A DNA stretch of 61,590 bases, counting the filler, from Rhabdomonas costata (lineage: Eukaryota): the NCBI GenBank assembly GCA_019059605.1. It is 22 parts of 22 records of this genome, joined end to end, with 100 filler letters (N's around TTAATTAATTAA, not from the genome) between each part and the next. Parts side by side here need not be neighbours in the genome. Positions count along the whole stretch, not along the records: positions 1 to 2,700 come from JAHMHO010002301.1; positions 2,801 to 5,504 come from JAHMHO010002302.1; positions 5,605 to 8,303 come from JAHMHO010002303.1; positions 8,404 to 11,181 come from JAHMHO010002304.1; positions 11,282 to 13,982 come from JAHMHO010002305.1; 17 more parts are not named here. The stretch is one strand, 5' to 3'. This document shows, piece by piece, positions 1 through 11,955 of this stretch (position 1 is its first letter; each line of letters starts with the position of its first letter). The position numbers were made by a program, and so were the translations under genes. The notes beneath the pieces were generated by a model, which was not told where the DNA came from, made no database searches, and was given only the letters and a program-made list of their open reading frames with translations.

Positions 1-627
1 GTTGGTTGTTGGATCTGATGTGCTCTTCAGGAAGCGCTGAGAGTCTTGTGGATCAACTTGTTGTGGAGGGGTATCTGTTCAGCAGACCGTGCACGTATAC
101 CGGTCGTTTTTGAGCATCGCTCCTTCTTTTTTTGGGGGGAGTGGTTTGTTTTTTGTTCGGCTCTTCGTGTCCTCCGGCTCGCTTGAGACTGAGATTTGGA
201 TGGGGCATCTTCGTCTGAAATAGGAACGTATTCGGAAAACTAGATCTTCTCCTGTTAGGTTGTTAGAAGTTGCGAGGGTGACTTTCGATGCTTTTGCCAG
301 GTTGCGGTATTTGTGTGGTGATGATGTGTGTGGTTATCATTAAGCTTCGGGTTCTGCCGTACCCATAAGGGCTGCTGTGGAGAAGGCTTCAACGATTCTG
401 GTGCTTTATGTCACCAACACAAATGGGACACAAATGTGATGAAAAGTGTTATTCTGAATCAAATGGGATGGGGTGCGTGTGTAAGGGAAGGCACTCCGAT
501 TGAGACATGAGATGTGGCAAATGAGCCAACTGAGCAGAGCTAGGCAGAAAATGGTTCCCAGGCAGGTTTCGTGGAGTGGAGTTTTGGGAGAGATCTGGAG
601 TGGGAAAGCATAATCATAAATCCTATT

Positions 628-891
628 GGCACACCTTCAGCAGTGTACCTTTTTTTATGGACACGTGGCCTCCTAACCCCATGCGAGATGAAATATCGTG
701 ATCCAGGGGGCACGTGCATCGCTTCCTAACCCCCTGCGAGATCAATAAAAGGATACCATCAGTGCAAATGTCCATTACCTCTTAACCTCCCTCGGAGCGT
801 CGTCACGGCCAAGATCCAGAACATCATAAAGTGTCAGCATGAGCAACAGAAGGAGCCTTAAAGAAAAAAGGTACACTGCTGAAGGAGTGCC
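628..891. mobile_element. 264-bp MITE with 28-bp TIRs and 8-bp TSD (Merlin/IS1595-like GG termini)
   Basis: TIR GGCACACCTTCAGCAGTGTACCTTTTTT at 628-655 matches the reverse complement of 864-891 with 1 mismatch. Flanking direct repeat ATCCTATT at 620-627 and 892-899. No coding capacity. Confidence 0.88.
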
Positions 892-1478
892 ATCCTATTT
901 ATTCCTTTTCGGTGTACTGTCCCCCCCCCCATCGCGAAATTTTACGGAAGTTTGTGGTTTATATCATAATGTAATGAAAAACATCATAATTTGACATAAT
1001 ATGCCAATACACAAGAGGAATAGATGCAGACAATCAGTTCTGTCATTCTGCTGTCTTGATTACGTGCCACCGCATAACAAGTTGACAAGGATTGAAGGAC
1101 TGAAAAATCCGCACAGTTCAGATACACAGCAAAGCACGGGGCAGGCAGTCTTTCAACAAGACAAGCAGTCGACTAACTGAACTAAGTGAGCAACAATGAA
1201 CTGTAGCAAGGCAGAGAGCAATTCAGAAAGAACGCAAAATAGCTAACTGAGTTTGCCAATGACAGAGAGCGAGCGAATGAAAACATTGAAAAATCATTAA
1301 GTCACAGGGGAGTTGGACGAAAGGTCGAAAGAGAGGGGGTTTCCGAGACGAGGAAAGGAGGAGGACGGGAAAAAAAAGAGCTGCAACCTCGGTGAAGACG
1401 AGTAATAACACGTTTCGTGAAAAACCAAAGCGACACCGACCAGGTGCTTGCTATCGCACATTGTTCCAGTTCAGCGAA

Positions 1479-2675
1479 ATGCGGTATTTCCTCTTGATAT
1501 GTGTGGCTGTGGCGCCGCCGCTCCTTGCTTCCCTGGCCGAGGCCTTGACTGTCATGTCGGGGCTCTTCTTCTACCATGACTGCTGCCTTACATTGTGCAC
1601 GTCGGGATTTTGCACTGCCATGGAGCTGCAGCGTTACCACCCGTTCTGTACCAACCAGACCTGCTTCAATGCCCTCCAAAGAGACCGTGAACTCTTCACG
1701 AACGTCTTCAAGACTGCGGTTGACCAAGTGTGTTCGGCGCACGCCACAGCCGGGGGTGACCCCCTTGTATGCCAGCGCTATGATGTAGTGGTCTCGGACG
1801 GTCCAGGCGATGATTCGTTACTGTGGACAAAGCCAGCGTTCCAGAAGCTCGCTCCCTCACCCCGGTGGGTCTACCAAGGTCACCATCGGTGCCATGCTGC
1901 GGCGGCGTTCTACGGCTCACCCTTCAAGACGGCGCTTGCTCTTTCCTTGGATGGGGTTACTCTTTTGGCGTTCTATGCGAGCCGAAGTCAGGGATTGCGT
2001 ATGCTCAAAATGGCGCCCGAGGGTCACAACCCTGTGGAAGCGTGGAGTCATTGCGTCTTAGGTGCGCCTCAGGCTGTTCTTCCTGTTCTGTTTTGTTTTG
2101 GGCTCTATCACTTTCACATTTTACTGTCACTCCCAACCCAAATGCGGGGACCCCGACGTTTCTGGTTTTTGCCGATGAAAGTGGTGCATTCCTTGATGTC
2201 AGGAAATGAACACCTCAATGCTGTGGGTGCCATCATTTGCTTTGTTTTTCCTCTCTCTTTCTTTGGGTGGCAATGGGATTTTGTGTACAGCGATGCATAC
2301 CACTGCCGGAAACGTTCCGGTGGTATCCCCTGCTGCACTCCAGATGGAGATCGCCGCAGCGGGTCAACCGAAACGGGAAATTACCGAACTTATTCTGCAG
2401 TTAATGAATCGGTCATGGACAGTGTCTCAGAAACAGATCAAGGACCTTGCTTCTCGACTACCTTTGCAACATATGCCTAACTTTCTGGCTAGTGCGCAGC
2501 GCGCCTTGGAGTTGTATGTCATGGACTTCCTGAGCTCCCTTGAGGTGAAACATCTCAACGTGGAAGGGATTGTAGTGGGTGGTGGGGCGGCATACAATGT
2601 GTTTCTGAATGCGCTTCTTGTGAAGGAGTTTCGGCTGCCATTGTATGTCCCCCCGGGCCCTGGGGATGCCACCGT
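1479..2675 (+). CDS. NodU/CmcH-family carbamoyltransferase, N-terminal Kae1-like domain (3' partial, 2 exons)
   Basis: Exons 1479-2061 and 2291-~2675 joined by a phase-1 GT-AG intron (2062-2290) that restores the frame. Motifs GLFFYHDCC..ELQRY, HHRCHAAAAFYGSPFKTALALSLDG and VVGGGAAYNVFLN..LYVPPGPGD match the family. Hydrophobic N-terminus MRYFLLICVAVAPPLLASLAEA. Confidence 0.85.
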
Positions 2676-2700
2676 GGCCCGGGGGGACATATAACAACAA

Positions 2701-2800
2701 NNNNNNNNNNNNNNNNNNNNNNNNNNNNNNNNNNNNNNNNNNNNTTAATTAATTAANNNNNNNNNNNNNNNNNNNNNNNNNNNNNNNNNNNNNNNNNNNN
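2701..2800. other. Artificial contig-joining spacer (first of 21)
   Basis: N-run/TTAATTAATTAA/N-run recurs every ~2.8 kb, starting near 5505, 8304, 11182, 13983, 16784, 19585, 22392, 25197, 27998, 30799, 33599, 36400, 39199, 41998, 44798, 47597, 50399, 53197, 55995 and 58793. Confidence 0.99.
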
Positions 2801-3324
2801 GGGGGGTGGGTTGTTGGGCGTTGAAACGGAGTGAAATTGCGGCAAATTCTCATTTTTTGGTTAGCGTGTGAGGTCACGGACAGATGCAGGCAGCCGGGGA
2901 CCCATTGCTCTGTTTGAGTAAAGAAGGCTGCCCACATCTACGTGGGGATTTCGACAGACGATCGTTGATCGTCAAAGATCACTTGTACAGGGGGACGGGG
3001 GGTGGAGAGAAGGCGATGCAACTGTGCCCCTTTTTGTCTCTGGCGATGTGTACGAGAGAGAGAGTCTAGGTGCTTGCGGCTTTCCGTCCTGATCATCACC
3101 AAAAATAAACATTAACAACGTCCATCACATTCTTGCCGCTGGTAGCGGGCGCTACGCCTTTTGGGTAGTTGCTGAGCCTAAGCGACAAACTTGGGGGAGG
3201 GGGGTCTCCTGTACTACGTTCAATGCTTTCGTTGTGGCACCATGACGGCCACTGGGGTACACAGTAATGGCAAAATTGCATCGATTCTCTTTTCGGTGGA
3301 CGACCGGAGGCCGGTTTTCAGCAC

Positions 3325-5032
3325 CTTTGTGGTGGCGTCGATGAGGTAGATCACAAAGCTCTCCCAGGAGATGTAGTCCATGTTGTTGGTGTCCACCGCC
3401 CGAAAGAGCTCGCTGAGGCAGAAGTGCAGCACGCGGTCATCTCTGAAGTAGTCCACCTGTGTCGGGAAGGGGTGGGGATAGTGAAGGACGAGGTGCTCGC
3501 CTGTCGTTTCACTGACCACAGCCGCCCTGCCCACTAAAATTGTTCACACTAGCGGGCTTTCTGCAGCGTTTCAGGCAAACAGCTCAATGGGGCTCCATCC
3601 CACATAACGAAAGGTCAGCCATTTCCAAAAGCAATCCCAGAGGGAATGATTTCGGATAACGCTCCTGAATTCTGCTCCGGGCAGCTTCGCCAGCGACCGT
3701 AATCTTGATCACACAAAGAACCCCCGAATCACTTCGCAGACCCGAAGCACGCGCAGACCTGCCCGACACGGGCATTGGCGCTGCCAAAGATGGCCTCGTA
3801 CTCGTGCTCGATGGCTCGGTCCCGGTCGCGGTGGGGGAGCTTGGGCTGCGGCATCCCCCTTGAAAATCCCCCCCCCAATACGGTAGAATAGCAGATAAGA
3901 AGTGCAGGACAAACTTTCTTGCTTGGGAGAGCTAGCCTGGTGCTCTGGTTTGAGGGCGTGCTGTGATCAGATTATAGTTAGGCTCAGCAGCTTGCTCAAG
4001 ATTCTCAATCAAATCAACTGGGCGATGCGGAGGAGGATTAAAATCACACACACACACATGGAAGATTTCCCTCTATATCTTTCTGCATTGGGTCCCGCTT
4101 CGTTCTTGTGGTGGTTTGCAGTTAGAGCCCACACCACTGCGCGCACCTCAGGAGGCCCCCCACGACGGCCTCGCGGTAGGCCCCCTCGATCTTCGCCATG
4201 TGCCACAGCCCACCGGAGGCCTGCCGCACCACGGAGTGCAACGGATCGTGCTCCCCCCGCAATTCGCCATGCTCCGCATCCCCGTCTCCGGCTCCCCCGC
4301 CCTCCTTGGGGGGCCCTCCGCTCCCGGCCGCGGAGACCCCCAGGAAGCCCAGCGAGAGCGTGCGGGAGATGTCCTCGTCCACACCTTCGAGGTATGTGGA
4401 GGGCTGCCTACCCTCACGGACGGCCGCGCTGCGGTCCAGGGCAGTCCGGAGGTATGTCGCACAGATCCTCACGAACTGATCGCACTGCAAGGAAACAAAG
4501 AGATATAGATGGATGGATGTAAATATGCGTGTATGCGTGTGTCTGTCTGCTGAAACGAGAAAGCCGTTTTTTGCCAACAACAAAATCACTTGGACAGTAA
4601 TCACAGTGTCCAATGGTCAAGAAGTGCGGTTTTTCGGATGGTCTCAGAGTGCTTTATGTCCGACTGAATACAGAAAGCCACGTGGGTCATTCCAGGGGAA
4701 TGGAGAAGAATGGATGCGTTCTGAAGAAACCAGGCAAAACCAGCAAAAAGGGGACGCCAGGAAGTCATGCTCAACACGCCAATGGGGAGGACCTGGGAAA
4801 TGGATATCCGGGCCATTGTGCTCACGAGGAAGCGGGCTTGGGGTTTTGACATAAAAAGATAATAAAAAGGGGAATTCGTTCTAATGTCGGCGCGGGAACC
4901 TTGACCCCGTACTCATGCTGCCGGAACTCCTTCTCCATGAGCTCGAAGAAGCCCCCCAGCTTCTGCACCAGGTGCAGGGCGAAGTTTCGCGCCTGCTGCC
5001 TCCAGTTCTCCGTCTCGTGCGTGTGGATCAGC
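3325..5032 (-). CDS. EF-hand-containing protein, possibly the N-terminus of a WDR49/WDR64/EFCAB8-like protein (partial, 4 exons)
   Basis: Exons 5032-4900, 4484-4147, 3858-3759 and 3456-~3325 splice in frame via GT-AG. Last exon LSELFRAVDTNNMDYISWESFVIYL is EF-hand-like. Confidence 0.6.
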
Positions 5033-5116
5033 CTGACAACAGATAAGGCCGATCGTGGCCTAGCCCATCTTAGGCATCTTGAAATATACTTTTACTGCGG
5101 TAGGGGAGCTTGATAC

Positions 5117-5333
5117 GTTCTAATACCGCCAAATGGTCATAATTTTTCTAACCCTCGACAATTCCAGATTCTGGGGGACCTCTACAATTAAAAATTGTCT
5201 GTGTGTGGGCGGAAAATCAATATACCTAAACCCCATTCTGCTAAAAAAAAGAGATTTAAGAGTTAGGTATTTGGAGGTACACTGCTCCAGAAATAATATC
5301 ACTAAAAACATGACCAGTTCGGTGGTTTAGAAC
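5117..5333. mobile_element. Degenerate ~217-bp MITE-like element
   Basis: Imperfect ~30-bp inverted ends: GTTCTAATACCGCCAAATGGTCATAATTTTT versus GTTCTAAACCACCGAACTGGTCATGTTTTT (reverse complement of the right end). AT-rich interior, no clear TSD. Confidence 0.5.
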
Positions 5334-6009
5334 TGCTGAATGCTTAACACCTATCCCATGGCATGTCCCAATACAAAAATTGATTCTGTTCTGTTTACCT
5401 CTCAAAGCCAGGCAACGACAATTCCAAAAATCCGCAAAAGCCAAAAACGCACAGCACTGCTAAATGTTTAGCGGTGCGAAACGTAAAAGTTGCCCCCACA
5501 AACANNNNNNNNNNNNNNNNNNNNNNNNNNNNNNNNNNNNNNNNNNNNTTAATTAATTAANNNNNNNNNNNNNNNNNNNNNNNNNNNNNNNNNNNNNNNN
5601 NNNNTGTTGGTGGGGTGTTGGCAGGTCTCCGAGAGGTTCGCTGCGGAAAAGGGGGTGCAGGTGTATTGAGGCGGCGCGTTTCGTAGAGCTTGACGCTGAG
5701 GATTGATAGACGGTTTTTGTTTTTACTGGGGTTGGGCGGACGAGTGGAACAGATTTTTTCGAAACGGCACTCTCTCTCACCGTTTCGGGTTTTTAGTCAG
5801 GAATTCATTTCTTCTCGGGCGATGACATGTGCAAAAGCAAGCCACTCAACTCGCTGAGGAACCTTACAAGCTGTCCAGTTGTTTAGGTCCAGACGACTGT
5901 CTTCGCGTCCCTTTCGTTCCAACGGATGCAAATCGCTTCACAGTTGAAACGAAGTCAAGGACTTCCGCTGTGTTCGGGGATGCACGAATGGGTATATGTG
6001 GGGACTGAC

Positions 6010-8200
6010 CGTCGGAAGGCGGCTCGTAAGGCTCGGCGCACATCCGCACCAGGCCCTGGCGATAGAAGAAGATGCGCAAGGGCGTCGCGGAGAGCACCAG
6101 GACGTAGCAGCGGAGGTCGAACTTACGGCCGTCGATGAGCATGGGCCGCGACACGTACTCCTTTGGGTGATAGGGTTGAGGGGGAGGGGGATTCACCCCA
6201 AACCAATTTTTGCCACAAATTTGGAGTTTTCAAAAAAAAAATTCACAACGGGTTGGGTCCTCAAGCTCAAGAAGACTAGGAATGAAGAAAAAGCAAGAGG
6301 ATAACGGCTTATGAAAGTTGAAAACTATACAATTCTGGTACACTTTGGTGCAGTTTTCGTTAAGATGGGCTCACCAATGCCTCACACACTCACGCACGCC
6401 TCATTTGCATACTCACGCGTCGCCTCACCCCGCGCCTTCATTGTCCTGGTTACACTTTTCCTTCCTCTCCCTCCCGCTTCCCGCGCTTATCCCCGTTTCT
6501 TTTCCGCATTCTTGCCGCTCAGTTGAACAAACCTCTGGACATTCTTGCTGTCAGTGTTGTGACTCTGCTCTGATGCTGTTGGAGTTGAGATGGAGCAATG
6601 ATTATAACCAAACCTTATTGCATCGTGAGTCACATACTCAGTCCATGGATGAGGCATATAGGAAAAGACGTATGCAAGGCTGAAGAGAAATTCACAAGAA
6701 AACGTGGGACGAGTGACCCAACCCCCGGCAGCGCTGTGGAGAGCGGACACCTGAACCACGTGGTTCTCAAAGTCCTTAGGATTGGGAGTGCTGGTGAGGT
6801 GGATGCCCTTTCCCATGCACCCATTGTTGGGCTGAGAATAGCGAGCGCGTGGGAGCAAAAAGCGCAGGCGCACACTTCGGCTTTGTGCAGAACTACTTTG
6901 CATTGGGGGATTACCCGTGGCGACGGGTACGGTTCTTACCAAGAGTGTCAGAAAGCCAGAGGTAGGGATCCACGGCGTCTTCTCAGAGAGTGGACGGATT
7001 GGACTGCACCATTATCGTTAACCAACATCATGCTTGACGAAGACGGTTGCAATGTCGGCAACTCGCAACATCCAACATTGACTCTGGGGAATGGGGGTGC
7101 GACACCTGGAGTCATTTTCCTTTGACAAATGTTGTGTTCTTGAAGGAATGCACACACATTTCTGTTTTTCTCTTCCGGTCCACCATTCAGCGGCTGAACG
7201 TGCACCTCCCGCTCCAGGGCACATTGTACACCTGTAGTAGCAAGCTTGAGTGCAACGCACGCACACCCTCCCGTATGACCAAGCTTTCGCTTCACATGAT
7301 GAGCTGCAGCTTCACAAAAAGAAGGTCTTCACCCCATTGGGCCGAGAAAAGCTGCATTGGGTGTGTACGCACCTTGACGATGTAGTAGGTCTTTGGGGCT
7401 TTCTTTCCCTTGGGCCGCAGCGAGGCCTGCCTGGCAGCCTCCGCGGAGTACTCACGGAAGTCTGTGAAGGTCCTCGGGAGGAAGTCAAACTCCCCAGGGA
7501 AGAGCTTTTTCATCCGCCCGACGTTAATAGCCTGGCGCACACCGGGACAATACTACAGTAGGCGGCACGCTAAAGTCAACGGCGGTCACACAAGAAAGAA
7601 AATGGCGCGCGCACACAGTGAACAGATCTACAGGTTTAATACCGCCGAGGAAGATGGGGTAAGTGTTTTGCAGAGAGGGTGAGTGAGTGGGTAAGTGAGT
7701 GAGTGTCTGCAACCGTGGGTGCACGCAAACGCAGGCATGCCAAGGGGATTTTCCGCGCGATGAGGTCCATGGAGGGGAAGTGGTTCACCAGCCTGTGGGT
7801 CTGGTTCAGGCGGGCCACCCTCTCCACAGACACAGAGAGGTCAGTCCAAAAGATGTGGTACTCCTAGTGAACGGGAACAGCCGGAGGTTACACCATTTGT
7901 GAAGATTAACATCTCACTTCGAGAAGCCCCGGTATCAATGTTGGCAAGTACACGGAAACCCGTTCCTTCCAACATTGACTCTGAAGAAGACGGGTGTGAG
8001 ATCCTGGATTCACTGTATATTTGGCAAATGTTGTAGGTCCTCTCTCTTCAGAGCAGTACAGCAAAACTGAAGTTGCTGAACTCACATCTTTGGGTCCAGA
8101 CTGTGCCGCCACCTCGGCGTTGGTCTCTACCTGTAAACGAAATTTGTGCCATTCCTCTGCCACAGCCCCGTAAGCATCCACAAAACCCTTCAATGAAAAT
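6010..8200 (-). CDS. Tubulin polyglutamylase, TTLL6/TTLL13-like (partial, 5 exons)
   Basis: Exons ~8200-8086, 7863-7741 (IFWTDLSVSVERV..VNHFPSMDLIARK), 7531-7373 (FDFLPRTF..YYIVK), 6831-6751 (PNNGCMGKGIHL..VVQ) and 6160-6010 (EYVSRPMLIDGRKFDLRCYVLV..GLVRMCAEPY) give the TTL-domain motifs in order. Confidence 0.92.
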
Positions 8201-8403
8201 CCTGGATCACTCCCAGCGTGAAAGCACCTACTGCCGAAAATATGGAAACATATTGCCCGTCCCATCTTAAAAATGAGAGCTGGAAAATTGGTGCCAAACA
8301 AAANNNNNNNNNNNNNNNNNNNNNNNNNNNNNNNNNNNNNNNNNNNNTTAATTAATTAANNNNNNNNNNNNNNNNNNNNNNNNNNNNNNNNNNNNNNNNN
8401 NNN

Positions 8404-9107
8404 TGTGTGGGTGTGCTGAAGCCCGTGTACCCATCCCTGATGGGTGTGGTACTGGTGGGCAACTCTGCGCTGGAGCTCAGGTTCCCCACCTCCGCACAGG
8501 CCACCGCCGCGGTGGCCTGTGGTCCTCCACGAGGTGCGAGCCACGCTGGAGCCAGACCGAGACGAGGAGGGCTCGCCCTCGCAGGTCGGGGTTGTGGGTT
8601 TGTTGCTATTTTTGCACCTGTGGAGAGTACTTGGGAACCTCCACTCCTTTTTACGTTGCTTGTTCTGTTACCAGCACTTATGCTCCGAGATAAAAGAATG
8701 GTGATGAACGCTTGAATTTTTCAGTTGGATTCAGCATCTGTGACAACCTCAATATGTATATGCCCCCTCCCCCAGCACCTTTTTTGTTATTTAGTTAAAT
8801 GCGTTCTTACCCTGTTTTGACGTCCGGCGATGTGCTCACCCCATTCACTCGAACATACAGCTGGGCGCGAATTTTGATATGATGGTGCGCTTAGGGTGTG
8901 CGGACGTTTATGAATTTTTCCGCCATGGGCGCCGCCGTGATCAGAAACGCTCTGGAGGCGCAAGGGGTGGTGGGTGTCTCGAGAGTGTCTTTGGAGGGGA
9001 AGAAGCGGAGGGCGACGGTTCGGTTCGACTCCCCCGAGGCTGCCCGGCTGTTTCAGGAGAGACACACGCTTCACCTCTGTGGGATGGACTGCTCGCTGTT
9101 CTTCTGA
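8404..9107 (+). CDS. Protein with degenerate RRM-like repeats (C-terminal part, 2 exons)
   Basis: Exons ~8404-8584 and 8895-9107 (stop). LELRFPTSAQATAAV and ATVRFDSPEAARLF resemble RNP1 plus helix 2. An apparent frameshift lies near 8520. Confidence 0.45.
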
Positions 9108-9718
9108 TCTGTCTTTGGTTTCTTTTATGGACTTCGACGTTAGTGTGAATCACACCTTTGTTTTTGCACCCTCTGAGAATTGCTGTTGCCTTTGGCTGTT
9201 TCTGCAGTGATGTTTTGCTTGTCCCATGTCACTTCACGTAATGGGGTAGCCATGGAGAAGGTTTTTCCGTCAATTTTGCGCAACGCGCGCCACAATACAG
9301 CCAAGTTCTTGGACCACGTAGATCACGAGCCCCACACCAAGTGAGTTTGGAGGCAGAATGTTTCCAGGAGGGCCATATTTGAAAATGGCAGGAACCAGGT
9401 GGCAACATTTAAAAACCCCACCAAAAACGGATCAACAACCCATGGGCGCGATGAATGATCACCACCGGGTGGTAGCAGAAATGAACCAGTGAACCAGTGT
9501 CTGCCGCTTCTTTCCCGCACCCTGGGACGCCCTGTCGCTGAAACCCAAATGTTATCTGGGATTCCGGGGTTGGATGTGGAACAATGAAATGTACCTTTTT
9601 CTTTCCCCCTGCAAACTGGTACCCCGCAGCGTTTACAATTTTACTGTTTCCAAAAGGTGGGCCTTTTCAAACCAAGCCCAAATCTTAAACCCAGGACAAA
9701 ACCAATCCGCAATATGCG

Positions 9719-9726
<8 letters not shown>

Positions 9727-9755
<29 letters not shown>
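9727..9755. repeat. (CA)n microsatellite
   Basis: Direct reading. Confidence 0.9.
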
Positions 9756-9757
<2 letters not shown>

Positions 9758-10215
9758 CACACATTTGAAAAGTTAACGGGAAATCAATTCTCAAGAACTT
9801 TGCCTTCGGAAGCGTAACGGAAGATCTGTTGGTTGGTTTCAAGCCCCGCGGGACCTGTACGCTCATCACTTCTCCTTCATCCCTTGCATCATGGGTGGTG
9901 CCGGGCGTATCATGTCACCTTTCTGATGATGGGTCCGGTCAGCACTGTGCGGGTCGGTGCCTGTTAACAAACCTTTCCTACAGTGCATCCGTATGGTGGT
10001 TGTTCTACGCGTAAGGCTGACTATCCGTAACCATAGAGGTGTGCACCCTAAGCTTGTCGTGTTGGATGCATACAACAGCGCACGTTCACTTGACCCATAG
10101 CCGTATCCTTCACCACTAACCATGCGGGCGGAACCATGAGGCTGTCATTCATTGCCGCTACGCGTCGTTAACGGGGAAAGCCTCCATCAGGATCCACCGC
10201 GTTGAGGTTGGGTAG

Positions 10216-10218
10216 TGT

Positions 10219-10261
<43 letters not shown>
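10216..10261. repeat. (GT)n microsatellite
   Basis: Direct reading. Confidence 0.95.
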
Positions 10262-10264
<3 letters not shown>

Positions 10265-11955
10265 TACCGGTCCCTCACGGCCGTCGCGTTACCGTTTATG
10301 CCATAGCCTAGCATCCATCGCTAGGTCCTTCATTTGACGCCCGAATACGCCAGGTATCTCATTGCTGCTCCTCCGGAACGTATGGTCAGCCGACACGTTG
10401 TTTCAGCGTCGCTTTGTTACAACGTGGATCGAGCGCCTTGGCTCAACTTCACCTCGTGCGTTCATCGTCGTTGTTGTTATCGTGCATGAGTGTAACGAAG
10501 CAACAATGAGCGCTTCAATCGTGATCAAGCTTCGGACCGCATCCTTATCGAGTCACGTCGTCTCATTCGTCACCTTTACCGTATCCTGCACATGGAGCTC
10601 TTTCTCGTCTGTCAATGCAGGCTTTTCGCACAAGACCCACCGTCATCCCAACTGGACATCCCGAAGGACTTCCGAAGAACCGAGACCGAACCCTGACCCA
10701 GAGACAGAAAGCAAAACCTGAACCCTCCAAAACCCACCCTCGAACTCAGAGCTCAGAACTCCAACTCCAACTCCCTCAACCCAACCCAACCCAACACAGA
10801 ACCAGGAATGCCACGAACCCAACTCACGACCCAGCAAGCAACCCACAAACACGAAACGCACCCACCGTCACATTCCCCATCCACAACCACGAAATCCACG
10901 CAACCTTGAATACACCACAAACAGAGGCAGAGACCGTTACACCTACGCACCAACACCCTGAACCCACCAGCCCAACAACAGCCATGACACCACCAGCATC
11001 GGCACACCATAAACACTAACACATCGCGTAACACCATGTCAGCAAGAACACAACAAGCGCTAACCCTACAACCACCAACACGACCAACGACACAAAGCAT
11101 GACAACCATCAGCACTAACAAGGACACAACGCCATGACAACCAGCAGCAACATCAACCACTAACGTAACACCCCACCCACCNNNNNNNNNNNNNNNNNNN
11201 NNNNNNNNNNNNNNNNNNNNNNNNNTTAATTAATTAANNNNNNNNNNNNNNNNNNNNNNNNNNNNNNNNNNNNNNNNNNNNGGGGGTGTGGGGCATAAGA
11301 TCCTTCCGAGTCAGCTCAAAGTGGTTGGGAAAGTCGTTGACTACCTGCGGGAGTGCACACAAAGGCTGCAAAGCAACTTCGTCAGATGCGTGAATTTGGT
11401 GAATCTGTATGCAGTTAAATGACCGTCTCCTTTGCACCCCTTGCGTTCCGAGGGTGTGCACAGGTGATGGATAGGAGCTGCTCTGTGAACAACAGTCCCT
11501 TTCCTCGGATCGCGATCAGTCCACCGCCATCACATGGGTGGCCGACCCAGATTTGCGGGGGGGGGGTCCGAGCATGCCGATGCTCTGCAGTAATGGCATT
11601 CTGCTTCCTGATTTGCCGTGGAAATGGTTGTTGTTGCACAGGCACGCTCCCTATGGAACGTGCTACCGTGGAGCAAGTCTGTGTGGAGCTTCCCTGTATG
11701 CGTGTGTGCGGGGTCACTATTTGTGTGGTGCACCCGCCTCATCAGAGGTAAGGAGCTGCCCGGCGAGCAGCCCATTTCTGCGGATCAGCCCTTCTGATTG
11801 TACAGGGGGCCTTTGTCGTCCCACGTATGTACCTGGTTTCGGCTTGCAGCGGTAGTATGGTGTTCCGAAGCAGATGGGGCCTGAGCCGATGATTAAAGGA
11901 GTGCCCAGCCTGTCCTGGAATCCAAATCAGGTGGAACTTTTTTCTTGTTCTACAG

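Noticed and set aside
2745-2756. Regularly spaced TTAATTAATTAA as a biological repeat or CRISPR-like array
   Set aside because: Always embedded in N runs of fixed length, so it is a concatenation linker.
10615-11181. Thr/Pro/His-rich ORF and its Val/Gly/Cys-rich antisense ORF
   Set aside because: By-products of an A/C-skewed low-complexity tract, with no domain signal or splice support.
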